Below, piece by piece: positions 46,236-55,690 of a DNA stretch of 60,090 nucleotides. The translations under genes and the position numbers were made by a program. Numbering within the stretch: the first letter of the stretch is position 1; every line of letters starts with the position of its first letter. Source of the DNA: a virus (taxonomy: Duplodnaviria > Caudoviricetes); the IMG/VR virus record IMGVR_UViG_3300042486_000250, positions 1 to 60,090 of that record; one strand, given 5' to 3'. The notes under the pieces were generated by a model that did no database searches, had not been told where the DNA came from, and saw nothing but the letters and a program-made list of their open reading frames with translations.

Positions 46236-47257
46236 CAGGCGAACACCAACTGCTTGATGGCGTCCAAGACCACACGGTCTTGCTCACCAGTCTTGCCAGT
46301 GATGCCGTTGAGCATGTTGCGCTCAACACGGGAGTTGTCAGCGCCTGCGTAGTGATGCTGGTAGGTGTTCCAGCACTGGAGGACTCCAAGCGCAGTGCCT
46401 CGCCAAGGAGAGACCATTGGGTCACTCTTGTAGAGTTGGTGCAGGAGTTCCTGCTTGTTCTCAGCACGAGCCTTGACCTGAGGACGGATGTCCAAGTCAG
46501 TTGACAGTGGCACGAGGCGCTCCACGATGGCTTTGAACTCGTTCTCGGTCACCTGCTGTGTGGAGAGGCGCTCAAGTTCAAGCATGATGTCGTCTGTGTA
46601 CTCATGGATGAGACCGAGAGCGTCACGGACTGTCTGCAACTTGCCGATGGAGTGCTTGCTGTGGCGCACCTTGTGCTTGGCTGTCTTCTCACCGAGGGCA
46701 CCAGCGAGCGTGTTGTCACACACGACCACAGTGGACACCAACTGGAAGGTTGATGACAGGGTGCCGTCATGGCTGGTGCAGGCAAGGAGGTGAGGACGGA
46801 TGTCAAAGCCTGATGGCGTCTTGATCGTCTCAGGCAATTCCACCTGAACATACGCCTTGCCACCTTGGCGAAGGAGACCAGCACCGCCGATGGCGAGGTC
46901 GTTGTCGTCAACGAGGTTTGCAACGGTGTCAAGGAGCCACTTCTTGTACTGGTGAACTTGGTAGGAGGACTTGAAGATGTTGAACACCGTGTTGTCATCC
47001 GAGCGGACGATTGCCTTGCGAGCCTTGTCTTCTTTGTAGTGGATGCCACCACCTGCTGGCATGCCTACGAACACTGGAGCCTCAATGGCTGTCCAGTTGA
47101 AGAGACGGCGGAGGACATCATCCACAGGAATCGCTCCCGTGTAGTGGTTGGGCTCGGCACCTTGTGACGATTCCTTGTAATGCCACGCATTACCTCGCTG
47201 TTCGCTGAATCCAACAAGGATGTTGGTGTTGAGCCATTCGGTAGTTTCTCTTGACAT
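46235..47257 (-). CDS. DUF932-family phage/plasmid protein
   Basis: AWH, LFNW, SHDGT, VVCDNT, RHS, GTA.G. Confidence 0.85.
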   Translation of the reverse strand: MSRETTEWLNTNILVGFSEQRGNAWHYKESSQGAEPNHYTGAIPVDDVLRRLFNWTAIEAPVFVGMPAGGGIHYKEDKARKAIVRSDDNTVFNIFKSSYQVHQYKKWLLDTVANLVDDNDLAIGGAGLLRQGGKAYVQVELPETIKTPSGFDIRPHLLACTSHDGTLSSTFQLVSTVVVCDNTLAGALGEKTAKHKVRHSKHSIGKLQTVRDALGLIHEYTDDIMLELERLSTQQVTENEFKAIVERLVPLSTDLDIRPQVKARAENKQELLHQLYKSDPMVSPWRGTALGVLQCWNTYQHHYAGADNSRVERNMLNGITGKTGEQDRVVLDAIKQLVFA

Positions 47258-47309
47258 GGTTGGTTACTTTCTGTGTTTTGTTGTTGTGGTTGTTAGTACC
47301 ACACGAATG

Positions 47310-47340
47310 AATCTATCCGTGTGGTTGTTGCTTTGGCAAC
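47310..47340 (-). promoter_or_regulatory. sigma70-type promoter TTGCCA-18-TAGATT
   Basis: Upstream of the DUF932 gene; resembles 33933-33962. Confidence 0.6.
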
Positions 47341-47543
47341 TAGGGTTGTTTCTTTTTTGTGGGCTCGTAGGTGGCGATAGCGACACCAGAGATCGCAAGG
47401 GCTCCTGAGACAATCAGGGTGATGGGCTGTCCATACAGGAAGATGTTCATGAACAACCCTATATAGATTCCCAGTGCGTACAGAGGGAAAGACAGGGGAA
47501 CCTGCACTCTCCTCTTGAACTTCTGTGGGTCAGTTACCCGCAT
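47340..47543 (-). CDS. small membrane protein
   Basis: Two hydrophobic segments; GGAGG RBS. Confidence 0.55.
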   Translation of the reverse strand: MRVTDPQKFKRRVQVPLSFPLYALGIYIGLFMNIFLYGQPITLIVSGALAISGVAIATYEPTKKKQP

Positions 47544-47830
47544 GTGTCCTCCATGTCATTGTCATTGATCCAGTCCACGAATGCGAACAGGTGCAAGGCG
47601 TCCACCACATTGATGGCACGAACTGATGTTTCATTGCGGAAAGTCACACCATTTGGTAGTTCAAGCATTGCGGAGGATTCGTTAGCAACGACCTTCTCAA
47701 TGGCTTCCACTGCCACGGGCACCATGTACTGAGGCACAGGTGGAAAGCAGTTGCTGGTCAAGTGCATGCTTACGGCGGTCTTCAAGTCCTTTGTGAACTC
47801 GTATGTGTCGTATGCGGTTAGGTATCCCAT
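47534..47830 (-). CDS. early-region hypothetical protein
   Basis: GGAGG RBS; HL..NCFPPVP motif. Confidence 0.65.
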   Translation of the reverse strand: MGYLTAYDTYEFTKDLKTAVSMHLTSNCFPPVPQYMVPVAVEAIEKVVANESSAMLELPNGVTFRNETSVRAINVVDALHLFAFVDWINDNDMEDTCG

Positions 47831-47840
47831 GTTGTCCTCC

Positions 47841-48074
47841 TTAAAGAACTGTCGTCTCTGGCGAGATGAGTTGTTGGTTGATTAATTGTTTGACGAGTGC
47901 CTCAACATTTGCTTGAGCATCAAGCACTGAGTAGGCGACCACTGGAATGGTCACTGTGATCAGGTGTTGGTCAAGGACATTTTGGGTGCCACACTTCTCG
48001 CAGACACCAAGCACATCAAAGTGGTTGTAGTCGGCTTCGCATGAACGGCACCAGAACGGTAGTTGGTTAATCAT
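47841..48074 (-). CDS. zinc-ribbon early protein
   Basis: CRSC...CEKCG; AAGGAG RBS. Confidence 0.6.
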   Translation of the reverse strand: MINQLPFWCRSCEADYNHFDVLGVCEKCGTQNVLDQHLITVTIPVVAYSVLDAQANVEALVKQLINQQLISPETTVL

Positions 48075-48084
48075 TTGTTTCTCC

Positions 48085-48327
48085 TTAGAGGTATTCGGCT
48101 TCATCAAGGCTGATGAATGTGATGTCTTTTTCTTCGGGGTCTTCATCAAAAAGTCCCCATGATGCAGTGTCCTCATCGGGCACTAGTTCAACGGTGACGC
48201 TTCCCTTGTGCTTACGAAAGGTCTCTTCAACCTTTGCGTATGCCATGTCCCACGCCTCGTCTTCGTCTATTGCATCGTCAATTTCAATGTCTGCATCCCA
48301 TGCAATTCTGAACTTGTAAATGGTCAT
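48085..48327 (-). CDS. small acidic early protein
   Basis: AAGGAG RBS. Confidence 0.6.
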   Translation of the reverse strand: MTIYKFRIAWDADIEIDDAIDEDEAWDMAYAKVEETFRKHKGSVTVELVPDEDTASWGLFDEDPEEKDITFISLDEAEYL

Positions 48328-48336
48328 TGTGTCTCC

Positions 48337-48888
48337 TTACGCCAATGAATCTTCTAGGTCATTGAGGGTATGTCCCTCTTCTGCTAACCACAACTTAAAT
48401 ACTTCTTCTGAGCCTTCGGGAACGAGGACGCTCACAGTCGTTGAGAAGAGGTTGGATGTTGGGTCAAGAACCAGCACCACGGTGCATGGTGGGATCAGGT
48501 CTTCGTTGACCAGTTGCGTTGACAGGTCATTGAATAACTGCTTACGGTCAGCGGTGGGGTCTCCCCATGCACCAGTCGTCCAGCCACTGAGGACATCGGT
48601 GTACCCGTCAATGGTGGTCTCGTAGTGCCCACGCCATGCATCACTGCTGATGTATTCACGCTTGATGTTGTCGTTGTGGTACTCGTCTCCGTACTGGTCA
48701 GTGCGGAAGGCATCTCCGATGAAGACCTGTTCTACACCAGAAGATGATACGAAGATGACCTTTGACGATCCGTCAATGTCTTCCCCGTAGCACTGGTAGC
48801 AGAAGTTGGCATCAACGATGTTGGAGAAGACACTGCCATCGTCAGTGTCAAACTCACCCTCGCATGCTTTGCAATTAAATGTTGTCAT
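48337..48888 (-). CDS. early protein with N-terminal CxxC pairs
   Basis: CKAC...CYQC; SDAWRGHY; AAGGAG RBS. Confidence 0.65.
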   Translation of the reverse strand: MTTFNCKACEGEFDTDDGSVFSNIVDANFCYQCYGEDIDGSSKVIFVSSSGVEQVFIGDAFRTDQYGDEYHNDNIKREYISSDAWRGHYETTIDGYTDVLSGWTTGAWGDPTADRKQLFNDLSTQLVNEDLIPPCTVVLVLDPTSNLFSTTVSVLVPEGSEEVFKLWLAEEGHTLNDLEDSLA

Positions 48889-49157
48889 TGTGTCTCCTTT
48901 ATTGGCTCAATCTCTTGAGTGTTGTTGATGTAGTAACCAAGGATGTTGGTTCCGTGTTTGATGTCCCACCATTGCTTGTGTGTTACCTCAAGCACGAGGA
49001 TGTCTTGAATGTCCTCGGTGTCACCAAGGCGCTCGTAGATGATTCGGTCGTGGTCATCAATCTCTTGTGGTGTGTCACCGATGATGAACATGACCACATC
49101 TTCACCACCACTTTCACTAGTCCATGTAACTGGGGCGAATGCTCCGATAGTTGTCAT
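48885..49157 (-). CDS. small acidic early protein
   Basis: GGAGG RBS, ATGA coupling. Confidence 0.6.
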   Translation of the reverse strand: MTTIGAFAPVTWTSESGGEDVVMFIIGDTPQEIDDHDRIIYERLGDTEDIQDILVLEVTHKQWWDIKHGTNILGYYINNTQEIEPIKETQ

Positions 49158-49546
49158 TGTATGACCTCCTCAATGTCTGTTGTGTTCCATGTTTCTTGTG
49201 TGTCTACACACACTGATTGATTGCTTTCAAATAAACGCTCTGCTTCTTCTAAAGACCCAGCGGTTACTTCGTGCAGGTGGTGAAACACTTGCTCGTAGGT
49301 GATCGTGTACTTCTTAGGTGCTGATGTTGTACGGAGGACAGCGTCCTCAAATGGTCGCACCCAGTCAAGGTCAATGGACTGGATGGTTACGATCCTCTCA
49401 TCGGTCAGTCGGAATGTCTCGGCGCCAGTGTCATCGTCACTGTCCAAGAACACTCCACCGTCCAGTTCCTCGTAGGTGTACTGGTCGTTGGTGTTGGCAT
49501 CGGAGATGAGTTGACCATCTTCGTAGTTGCGGATAATTGTTGTCAT
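49154..49546 (-). CDS. acidic early protein
   Basis: GGAG RBS. Confidence 0.6.
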   Translation of the reverse strand: MTTIIRNYEDGQLISDANTNDQYTYEELDGGVFLDSDDDTGAETFRLTDERIVTIQSIDLDWVRPFEDAVLRTTSAPKKYTITYEQVFHHLHEVTAGSLEEAERLFESNQSVCVDTQETWNTTDIEEVIQ

Positions 49547-49770
49547 TAGTTGTTCTCCTGTATGGCGGTGTGGTTGATAATGATGTCATCCACAATGGTG
49601 CTGTTACTTACTGCACCTTGTGGAAGGGTCTCTGGTAGGACATGTGCACTGATATCAGTGGTGGTGTCCTTGATGCTCTCCAAAATCTGCTGGAGTGTCC
49701 AGTCGCTAGGAAAGGACATGTCAAAGGTGACCGAGATGGACACACTCTGAACGAACTTGATGTTTTTCAT
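49546..49770 (-). CDS. early hypothetical protein
   Basis: TAATG coupling on both sides. Confidence 0.55.
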   Translation of the reverse strand: MKNIKFVQSVSISVTFDMSFPSDWTLQQILESIKDTTTDISAHVLPETLPQGAVSNSTIVDDIIINHTAIQENN

Positions 49771-50087
49771 TAGTTGTTCTCTTCTTCTTCTTCTTCTGTG
49801 TAGGTCTCTACTTGTACTTGAATGGGTCGTGCCCATGGGTACTCGGTCACGAAGTAACCAATGCGGTTGACAAGGTGGTAACCACTGACGATGGCTGTGC
49901 CCTCATCAGTGTCTACCCATGTCCATACGAGGTTCTCAGGCTGTGAGAGGACGAACGCAATGTCGTCTCCGTATGTCTCAAACAGGGTGCCGTTCCAGCC
50001 TTGGTCACCACTGATGTGGTTCTCAAGGGGCATGTACAGGCTCTCCCAAATGTCTACTTCTACTTCATGGATTGATGTGTTGCTCAT
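49770..50087 (-). CDS. early hypothetical protein
   Basis: FETYG, VWT.VD, G.HLVNRIGYFVT; AAGGAG RBS. Confidence 0.65.
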   Translation of the reverse strand: MSNTSIHEVEVDIWESLYMPLENHISGDQGWNGTLFETYGDDIAFVLSQPENLVWTWVDTDEGTAIVSGYHLVNRIGYFVTEYPWARPIQVQVETYTEEEEEENN

Positions 50088-50120
50088 AATGAACTCCTTG
50101 GTTGTGGTGGTGGTTGCTAT

Positions 50121-50208
50121 GGGCTGTGCCCTCAGAGTGCATGGAGAAACAAAGGAGATAAGAACTCCATGCACCCTGAGCGCACCAGCGGTGTATTGTC
50201 ACCGCTGA
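50121..50208 (-). promoter_or_regulatory. three-helix intergenic RNA element, copy 6
   Basis: H1 tcagcggtg/caccgctgg; H2 gtgcgctcagggtgcatggag/ctccatgcactctgagggcac; H3 gggc-aca-gccc. Confidence 0.75.
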
Positions 50209-50221
50209 AGCGCCCTCTGTC

Positions 50222-50422
50222 TTACTTATAGGCGTTTGAGTAAGACGAGATCTCTTGTTCACGCTCATGCCGTTTGGCAATCGCTACTGCTATGTCAAGA
50301 CGAGTGCTGTCAGAGGCATCGTTGATGTCTCTCCAGTCTTCGTCAGTCCAGTTCTCGGTGTTGACCACGAGGATGTCTGTTGCATCCCCGTAGTCACCGT
50401 CCACACTAAAGAAATGTTCCAT
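50222..50422 (-). CDS. small acidic early protein
   Basis: GAGGAG RBS. Confidence 0.6.
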   Translation of the reverse strand: MEHFFSVDGDYGDATDILVVNTENWTDEDWRDINDASDSTRLDIAVAIAKRHEREQEISSYSNAYK

Positions 50423-50874
50423 CAGAATGGCTCCTCATCTGCGTTGATGACAGGCACACCAATGACCTCGTTCACTGCGTTGCCGACTGCCATCCAGTCC
50501 ACATCGTTGCAGTCACTCAGTGATTGCCAGTCCGCTGTGCGGTACACAGCGTCCCATTCTTCATCAGTGAGACGGCGGTTGGCATCACGCTCGGCATCCT
50601 CACGACACCATGTGACACCAGTGAACTTGAAGTGGTCACGGATGGAGGAGATAAGCGCACGACCGATTTCCTGACCCTCTTCAGTGTTGGGGTCAATGCC
50701 TGTGAAGATCTTGTTGACCTCGTCCAGTCCGTGGTAGGTGATGCTCCAGTCATCAGCGACAGCCTCGTTGATGTCCAAGATGAATGGTCGTAAGACCTCC
50801 TCAAGGATGGGTGTAGGTGATTGGTCTGTTGGGTGCTCAATGTTGATAATGAGCGTTGCGTTTGATGTTTCCAT
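50422..50874 (-). CDS. acidic early protein
   Basis: 150 aa, AAGGA RBS. Confidence 0.6.
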   Translation of the reverse strand: METSNATLIINIEHPTDQSPTPILEEVLRPFILDINEAVADDWSITYHGLDEVNKIFTGIDPNTEEGQEIGRALISSIRDHFKFTGVTWCREDAERDANRRLTDEEWDAVYRTADWQSLSDCNDVDWMAVGNAVNEVIGVPVINADEEPF

Positions 50875-50886
50875 GATGGTTGTTCC

Positions 50887-51168
50887 TTAAATGAAGAGAT
50901 ATTCAAAATCACTGTCAATGATTATTTCAATTTCGCCGTCAACAGAAAAGCCTTCAAAGCCCTTGTTGACTGCATCGTGTAGTTGGTCGGTTTCTACCTT
51001 GTTGAGGTAGTAGAAGACATTGGTGTCAAGGTCATACCAAGGGTTGTTGGTGTCATCAGTGATGACTGGGTCATCACCGAATGCAATGATGACTGCCATC
51101 TCTTGACCACCGAAGGTGATATTGCACTGGCAACCGATGGGTTGTTCGGGTTGTTCGTATGGGTTCAT
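50887..51168 (-). CDS. acidic early protein
   Basis: AAGGA RBS; starts MNPYEQPEQP. Confidence 0.6.
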   Translation of the reverse strand: MNPYEQPEQPIGCQCNITFGGQEMAVIIAFGDDPVITDDTNNPWYDLDTNVFYYLNKVETDQLHDAVNKGFEGFSVDGEIEIIIDSDFEYLFI

Positions 51169-51178
51169 GATGTGTCCT

Positions 51179-51376
51179 TTACTTGTTGTAATTAGTTGTT
51201 GTGCTCTCAATGAGCGTTGCCTTGTCCACGCAGTAGCGGTCACCTGAGAAGTCCTGCACTACGACTGCATCACACTTTGCGTGGTAGTCCACGGTGTTTG
51301 CCACAAGCACTCCCCCAAGGGCGAGAGCGACTCCTATTAGCAGGTAGATGATGTTGATTAATGTTTCTTGTTTCAT
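51179..51376 (-). CDS. small membrane-anchored early protein
   Basis: N-terminal TM helix; AAGGAG RBS. Confidence 0.6.
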   Translation of the reverse strand: MKQETLINIIYLLIGVALALGGVLVANTVDYHAKCDAVVVQDFSGDRYCVDKATLIESTTTNYNK

Positions 51377-51699
51377 TGGTTGGCTCCTTCAGTTATGCGC
51401 TTCCACCCTATGTGGTTGCAGTAGTACGACCTGCCGTTGATAGTGACCTCGTCACCCACCGACATTGCCGTGTGTGTTCTGTTCTCAGGGAGTACTGGCT
51501 CCAGCACTCTCCAGAATGAACCTTTGTAGAGGTTGGTGTCCCGCCACACTTTGTCCAGCAAGTCAGTGTCATTGAGGATGTTGCCCTCGCTGTGGACATT
51601 CGCAAAGTCGTAAGAGACGGTCACCGATGTGATCTTCTTCCCGAACCCAAGCGCATCCTTGAATGCTTTCCATGTGACTGTGACTTCGTATGTGCTCAT
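51373..51699 (-). CDS. early protein, YodL-like C-terminus
   Basis: HTAMSVGDEV....YYC...GW. Confidence 0.55.
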   Translation of the reverse strand: MSTYEVTVTWKAFKDALGFGKKITSVTVSYDFANVHSEGNILNDTDLLDKVWRDTNLYKGSFWRVLEPVLPENRTHTAMSVGDEVTINGRSYYCNHIGWKRITEGANQ

Positions 51700-51899
51700 T
51701 GATTGTTCTCCTTTTGTTCTAGTTCTGCGAGTGCTCGCTCTGCGTTGTTTGCGTTGATGATGTGTCGTGCCGATGCTTCGTAATCGTTCTGAGTGACAGC
51801 CACCTTTGAGAATCCCTCGTTCCACTTCATGTAGAGAATCAAGGACTCAATGATGGTGTCCATTGCTTGTTTGCTGAGTTGTTCTACACGGTCAGTCAT
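51696..51899 (-). CDS. small helical early protein
   Basis: 67 aa, coupled. Confidence 0.55.
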   Translation of the reverse strand: MTDRVEQLSKQAMDTIIESLILYMKWNEGFSKVAVTQNDYEASARHIINANNAERALAELEQKENNQ

Positions 51900-52312
51900 T
51901 ACTTGCCTTCCTTTTCGTATCCGTCAAACCAGTCGTCACTGTGTGTGTCATCACGCTTGCAGTGCTCCTTTGCGTCCTGCAAGGTAAGTCCAGTCAGGAT
52001 GACCTTGTTGGCACGGCTGATGTCCTTGTAGAACCGCACAACCTTGTAGGTATCGGTGTCCACTGGGATGGCTACTTCGTAGTCATAGGAGGGGTCACCG
52101 TTGACCACTGGGTATGCAAAGCACCTCCACTTGTTGTTGTCTTCATCTCGGATGAAGTTGAGGTCAACACGGTCTCCGTATGAGTGGAAGACATCATCGT
52201 CTTCAAAGTAGTTCTCATTGAGGAACTGCTGAGCAAACTCAGCGATGGCATCAATGTTCTGTTGGATGTATGCGAGCGTGACTTGGAAGTCACTGACGGT
52301 TGGTGTGTTCAT
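51899..52312 (-). CDS. early hypothetical protein
   Basis: AAGGAG RBS; YKVVRFY...GLTL..A..HC...WFDGY module. Confidence 0.6.
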   Translation of the reverse strand: MNTPTVSDFQVTLAYIQQNIDAIAEFAQQFLNENYFEDDDVFHSYGDRVDLNFIRDEDNNKWRCFAYPVVNGDPSYDYEVAIPVDTDTYKVVRFYKDISRANKVILTGLTLQDAKEHCKRDDTHSDDWFDGYEKEGK

Positions 52313-52338
52313 TATTTGTTCTCCTTGTTGGTTGCTTT

Positions 52339-52417
52339 GGACTGCGTCCCATGAGCACTGCGAGGTGTCCCGACCCCACAGTGCTCGTGGCACGCCACGG
52401 GGTTGCCCCCGTGACGC
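52339..52417 (-). promoter_or_regulatory. three-helix intergenic RNA element, copy 5
   Basis: H1 gcgtcacgggg/ccccgtggcgt; H2 gcgtgccacgagcactgtg/cgcagtgctcatgggacgc; H3 ggac-gca-gtcc. Confidence 0.75.
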
Positions 52418-52442
52418 CCTACCTGAGCACCACCCCAGTTTG

Positions 52443-53981
52443 TTAGCCGACCCAGTCAGCGAGCAATGAGGCGACTAGCGAACCAGCCTCCACATTGAGG
52501 TCTTCAGCGTTGCCATCAAGCACCGCCGAGAGAACCTCCTGCTTCGCATTGAGCAGGTTGAAAAGTCGGTCGTCAATGGTCAACTCACCATCGGTACGAG
52601 CACCAGTGAGGTGCCAGCAAGTGACAGATTCTGTCTGTCCAAAACGATGGCATCGGTCAGTGGCTTGCTGTAATTCAGCAGGTGTCCACGGTAACTCCAC
52701 GCTCACCCACTGGTTGGCACGAGTGAGCGTGAGACCGACACCAGCGGAGGTGTAGTTGCCCACGAACACGCTCGCACGACCCGACTGGAAGTCGTCCACT
52801 GCTTGTTGCTTGTCAGCATCACTCATGCCACCGAGGACACTCACGACATTCCATCGTGGGTCTTCAACAGCACGGCGCTCGCACTCTTCAATGAGAGCGG
52901 TGAGCACTGCACGGTGGTGACCGAAGACGACCACTGGCTGGTCACCCTCAATGATGGACTCAAGATGCTCAATGGCGTGCTTGACCTTGACCTTTGCAAT
53001 CTCCTGTCGCAGGGCTGACAACTGTGTGATGGTCTCAGCACGAGACACACGAAGCACAGCCTCACGACCACCCTTGCCGTACACCCAAGCGAGGAAGTCT
53101 TCCTCAATGCGGAGGTAGTCACGCAACTCAGTCTTGCTGAGAGCGATAGCAACCTGAGCACTGCGCTTGGCTGGCAACTCGGTGAGCACATCAGCCTTCT
53201 TACGGCGGATGTAGCAGGTGCCACGCAACTTCTCATGCAACTCTGCGCTGTTGGTTGAACCATTGAATGTCCAGCCGAACGCATTCTTGATGGGGTCGCA
53301 GTAGCGCCACTTGAATGAACCAGCAGAGCCGAACACAGGGTTCAACTGACCGATCGTGTCAAGCAGTGGCACCAACTCCACAGGACGGTTGACCGCTGGC
53401 GTGCCTGAGGCGAGCACCACATACCCTTCGGCAGGGATGCCACGAGCGATGCCCTGCAATGCGATGGTGCGCTTTGCCTTACCGTTCTTGAAGCGGTGTG
53501 CCTCGTCTACCAGCAGGGCACCGAAGCCCTCCTTGTTGAGAGCCTGAGCCCAGCCAGCGATGGATGCGTCACCGATGATGGTGACCTGAGCGCCGTTGCA
53601 CTGGGTAGCACGGGTGCCCTCAAGAATCTCAACGGTCAGTGCATTGTTGGTGAACTTGTCAATCTCACGCTTCCACTGGAGGCGCAGTGACGGTGGCACG
53701 CTGATGAGGACACGGAGACCCTGCTCAACAGCCTTGAGAGCCACGGCAATGAGTTGTGGTGTCTTGCCCAAGCCCATCTCGTCACCGAGGATGACACGGC
53801 GTTGCTTGAGGGCATACGCCACGCCAGCACGCTGGTACGGGAGCAGTGGAAGGGCAAGGTCAAAGTCAAGGTCAAAGTCATGCGCTCCTGAAAGCGCAGA
53901 CAACTCAGGGCACACATCAATGGGTGATGCAGTGCGGACAGCGGACGCCAGTAAGGCGTCCAATTCGGAACGGTGGGACAT
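52443..53981 (-). CDS. SNF2/HARP-like helicase (second copy, early region)
   Basis: LGDEMGLGKT, VDEAH, SGTPAVNRP, AGVGLTLT, QATDRCHRFGQ. Confidence 0.9.
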   Translation of the reverse strand: MSHRSELDALLASAVRTASPIDVCPELSALSGAHDFDLDFDLALPLLPYQRAGVAYALKQRRVILGDEMGLGKTPQLIAVALKAVEQGLRVLISVPPSLRLQWKREIDKFTNNALTVEILEGTRATQCNGAQVTIIGDASIAGWAQALNKEGFGALLVDEAHRFKNGKAKRTIALQGIARGIPAEGYVVLASGTPAVNRPVELVPLLDTIGQLNPVFGSAGSFKWRYCDPIKNAFGWTFNGSTNSAELHEKLRGTCYIRRKKADVLTELPAKRSAQVAIALSKTELRDYLRIEEDFLAWVYGKGGREAVLRVSRAETITQLSALRQEIAKVKVKHAIEHLESIIEGDQPVVVFGHHRAVLTALIEECERRAVEDPRWNVVSVLGGMSDADKQQAVDDFQSGRASVFVGNYTSAGVGLTLTRANQWVSVELPWTPAELQQATDRCHRFGQTESVTCWHLTGARTDGELTIDDRLFNLLNAKQEVLSAVLDGNAEDLNVEAGSLVASLLADWVG

Positions 53982-54012
53982 GGATTACTCCTTGGTTATG
54001 TTGGTGCTCGGT

Positions 54013-54090
54013 GAGCGATGCTATCGCTCTCACTACCTATTCACACTTTATGAATAGGCACTGAGAGCGCCACCGCCGAAGCGGTGACAC
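54013..54090 (-). promoter_or_regulatory. three-helix intergenic RNA element, copy 4
   Basis: H1 gtgtcaccgc-TTCG-gcggtggcgc; H2 cgctctcagtgcctattca/tgaataggtagtgagagcg; H3 gagcgat-agc-atcgctc. Confidence 0.78.
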
Positions 54091-54107
54091 CCCACTGTGT
54101 TCATTTG

Positions 54108-54776
54108 TTACTTCTTGGCGCACTCAGAGCCGAGACCACGGGCACGAGATGCTTCATCGGTGAGGTGACGACCACACTTACCGCACACACCAAGTTCACG
54201 CCCGTAGCGAGCCTGCGCCTCGGTCAGTTCGTCAGTTGATAGTGAGACCAGCGCCTCAACAATCCGCTTGGTCTCGGCATCACTCACACGGAATGGTGCC
54301 TGTCCACCGAGGACTCGTAGCACCTCCTTCTTGCCGTTCTTGAGGTGAACGAAGAAGAAGTCAAGGTCGTTGTTACCAGTGAGCGATGGGATGGCGTAGT
54401 AGCCACGGTCAACCGTCTCAAGAGCATCAGCCTCGTAGAGGCAGTCACCCTTGGCGTGGTATGTGCGCCAGCCGTAATTCGCCTGCACAGCGAAGCCAGC
54501 ACCAGTGTCAACCTCACGGTTGCACAAGGCGCACTCCTTGGCGAACTTGTTGACGATGACACGACCCTCAGGCAAGTGAGCATGCTCAGGGTTACGGGGC
54601 GCAGGGATGGACTTCAACTTGTCAATGATTTCGCTCGCAGACTTTGCGGTCAACTTGTTGATGCCCTTCTCTTCTATGTACTTGTCAATGTCGTCAATGC
54701 CGAGCACCGAGAGGCGCTCCTGCAATAACGAACGGACGAATGACTGTTGCTTGGGGGTGATGGTGGTGGCTGACAT
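54108..54776 (-). CDS. DUF6011-like zinc-binding protein
   Basis: ITPKQ N-terminus; CGKCGRHLTDEASRARGLGSEC. Confidence 0.7.
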   Translation of the reverse strand: MSATTITPKQQSFVRSLLQERLSVLGIDDIDKYIEEKGINKLTAKSASEIIDKLKSIPAPRNPEHAHLPEGRVIVNKFAKECALCNREVDTGAGFAVQANYGWRTYHAKGDCLYEADALETVDRGYYAIPSLTGNNDLDFFFVHLKNGKKEVLRVLGGQAPFRVSDAETKRIVEALVSLSTDELTEAQARYGRELGVCGKCGRHLTDEASRARGLGSECAKK

Positions 54777-54800
54777 TTTGTTCTCCTTTACTAGAACGGG

Positions 54801-55103
54801 TTATTGGTTGAGGTATTGGTAGGCGTACTCGTCAGGGTCGTTCTCACGCAGGTACTCCTCGTACCTTTGCTCGTCCTCCATTAACTGGCGCTCGGTTGCT
54901 AGTTCGTCACGGTAGACACAGCCAGCGCATGTGGCACGCTCGCAGTCCTCGTCAAACACCCAAAAGGGTACGAAGGGTGACTGCTTATTTCCGATCAATT
55001 CTGAGCACTGTGAGCAGGTGCTGGGGAACTCAATGTCTGAGTTCTCCAACACATCGGACTCACTCACGAGCCATGGCTGGATGGGCTGTTCGTATGGGTT
55101 CAC
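54801..55103 (-). CDS. zinc-finger-like acidic early protein
   Basis: GGAGG then GTG; CSQC...CAGC; starts MNPYEQPIQP. Confidence 0.55.
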   Translation of the reverse strand: MNPYEQPIQPWLVSESDVLENSDIEFPSTCSQCSELIGNKQSPFVPFWVFDEDCERATCAGCVYRDELATERQLMEDEQRYEEYLRENDPDEYAYQYLNQ

Positions 55104-55327
55104 TTGACCTCCTCGGTTGTCGTGCTGGGGCGCCACACATCCTTGTCCGTGTCGTCACCGACATAGAGGGCACTCCATGCACCCTCACGGGACTGGAGGT
55201 TGTAATACTCCTCCACATAGAGGGCATTGTGAAGTAGTGATTCGGCAACAATGCTCTCTGCTTCTTGCTGTGTCTCGGCTTCAACGATGGCACGCACGGT
55301 GACATCAATGCTGTATTTCTTGCTCAT
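55100..55327 (-). CDS. small early protein (VEAET.EEA-type)
   Basis: AGGAG RBS. Confidence 0.6.
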   Translation of the reverse strand: MSKKYSIDVTVRAIVEAETQQEAESIVAESLLHNALYVEEYYNLQSREGAWSALYVGDDTDKDVWRPSTTTEEVK

Positions 55328-55357
55328 TGGGTTCTCCTGTTGTTGTTGTTGGTTGTC

Positions 55358-55690
55358 TCAGCCGTACACGAGTTCGTTGAAGAATGCGTACTGCCAAATT
55401 GCATCGTGGTCAGTGTGGTCGGTACCGCACTCCTTGAGGTCGTCCCAGTCACCACCGTTTTGAATCCACAGTGCGATGCCCCTGAGGCAGGACTCCGTGT
55501 CAAAGTTGTAGCGGTAACCGTTGTTGATGAGGTATGTCTCACCCTCAATGTCGGTGTGCACTTCGTACTCGTCATCAGCCACCCAGTAGCGACAGCCGTC
55601 AGAGGACTTGATGTAGTCAATGACCTCATCGCTCACCATGAGGGTGTACGAGATGGTCAGTGGGTGGCGTGTGTTGGTTGCTGTGCTCAT
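55358..55690 (-). CDS. acidic early protein
   Basis: YW...D...Q...F.EL.YG; AAGGAG RBS. Confidence 0.65.
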   Translation of the reverse strand: MSTATNTRHPLTISYTLMVSDEVIDYIKSSDGCRYWVADDEYEVHTDIEGETYLINNGYRYNFDTESCLRGIALWIQNGGDWDDLKECGTDHTDHDAIWQYAFFNELVYG

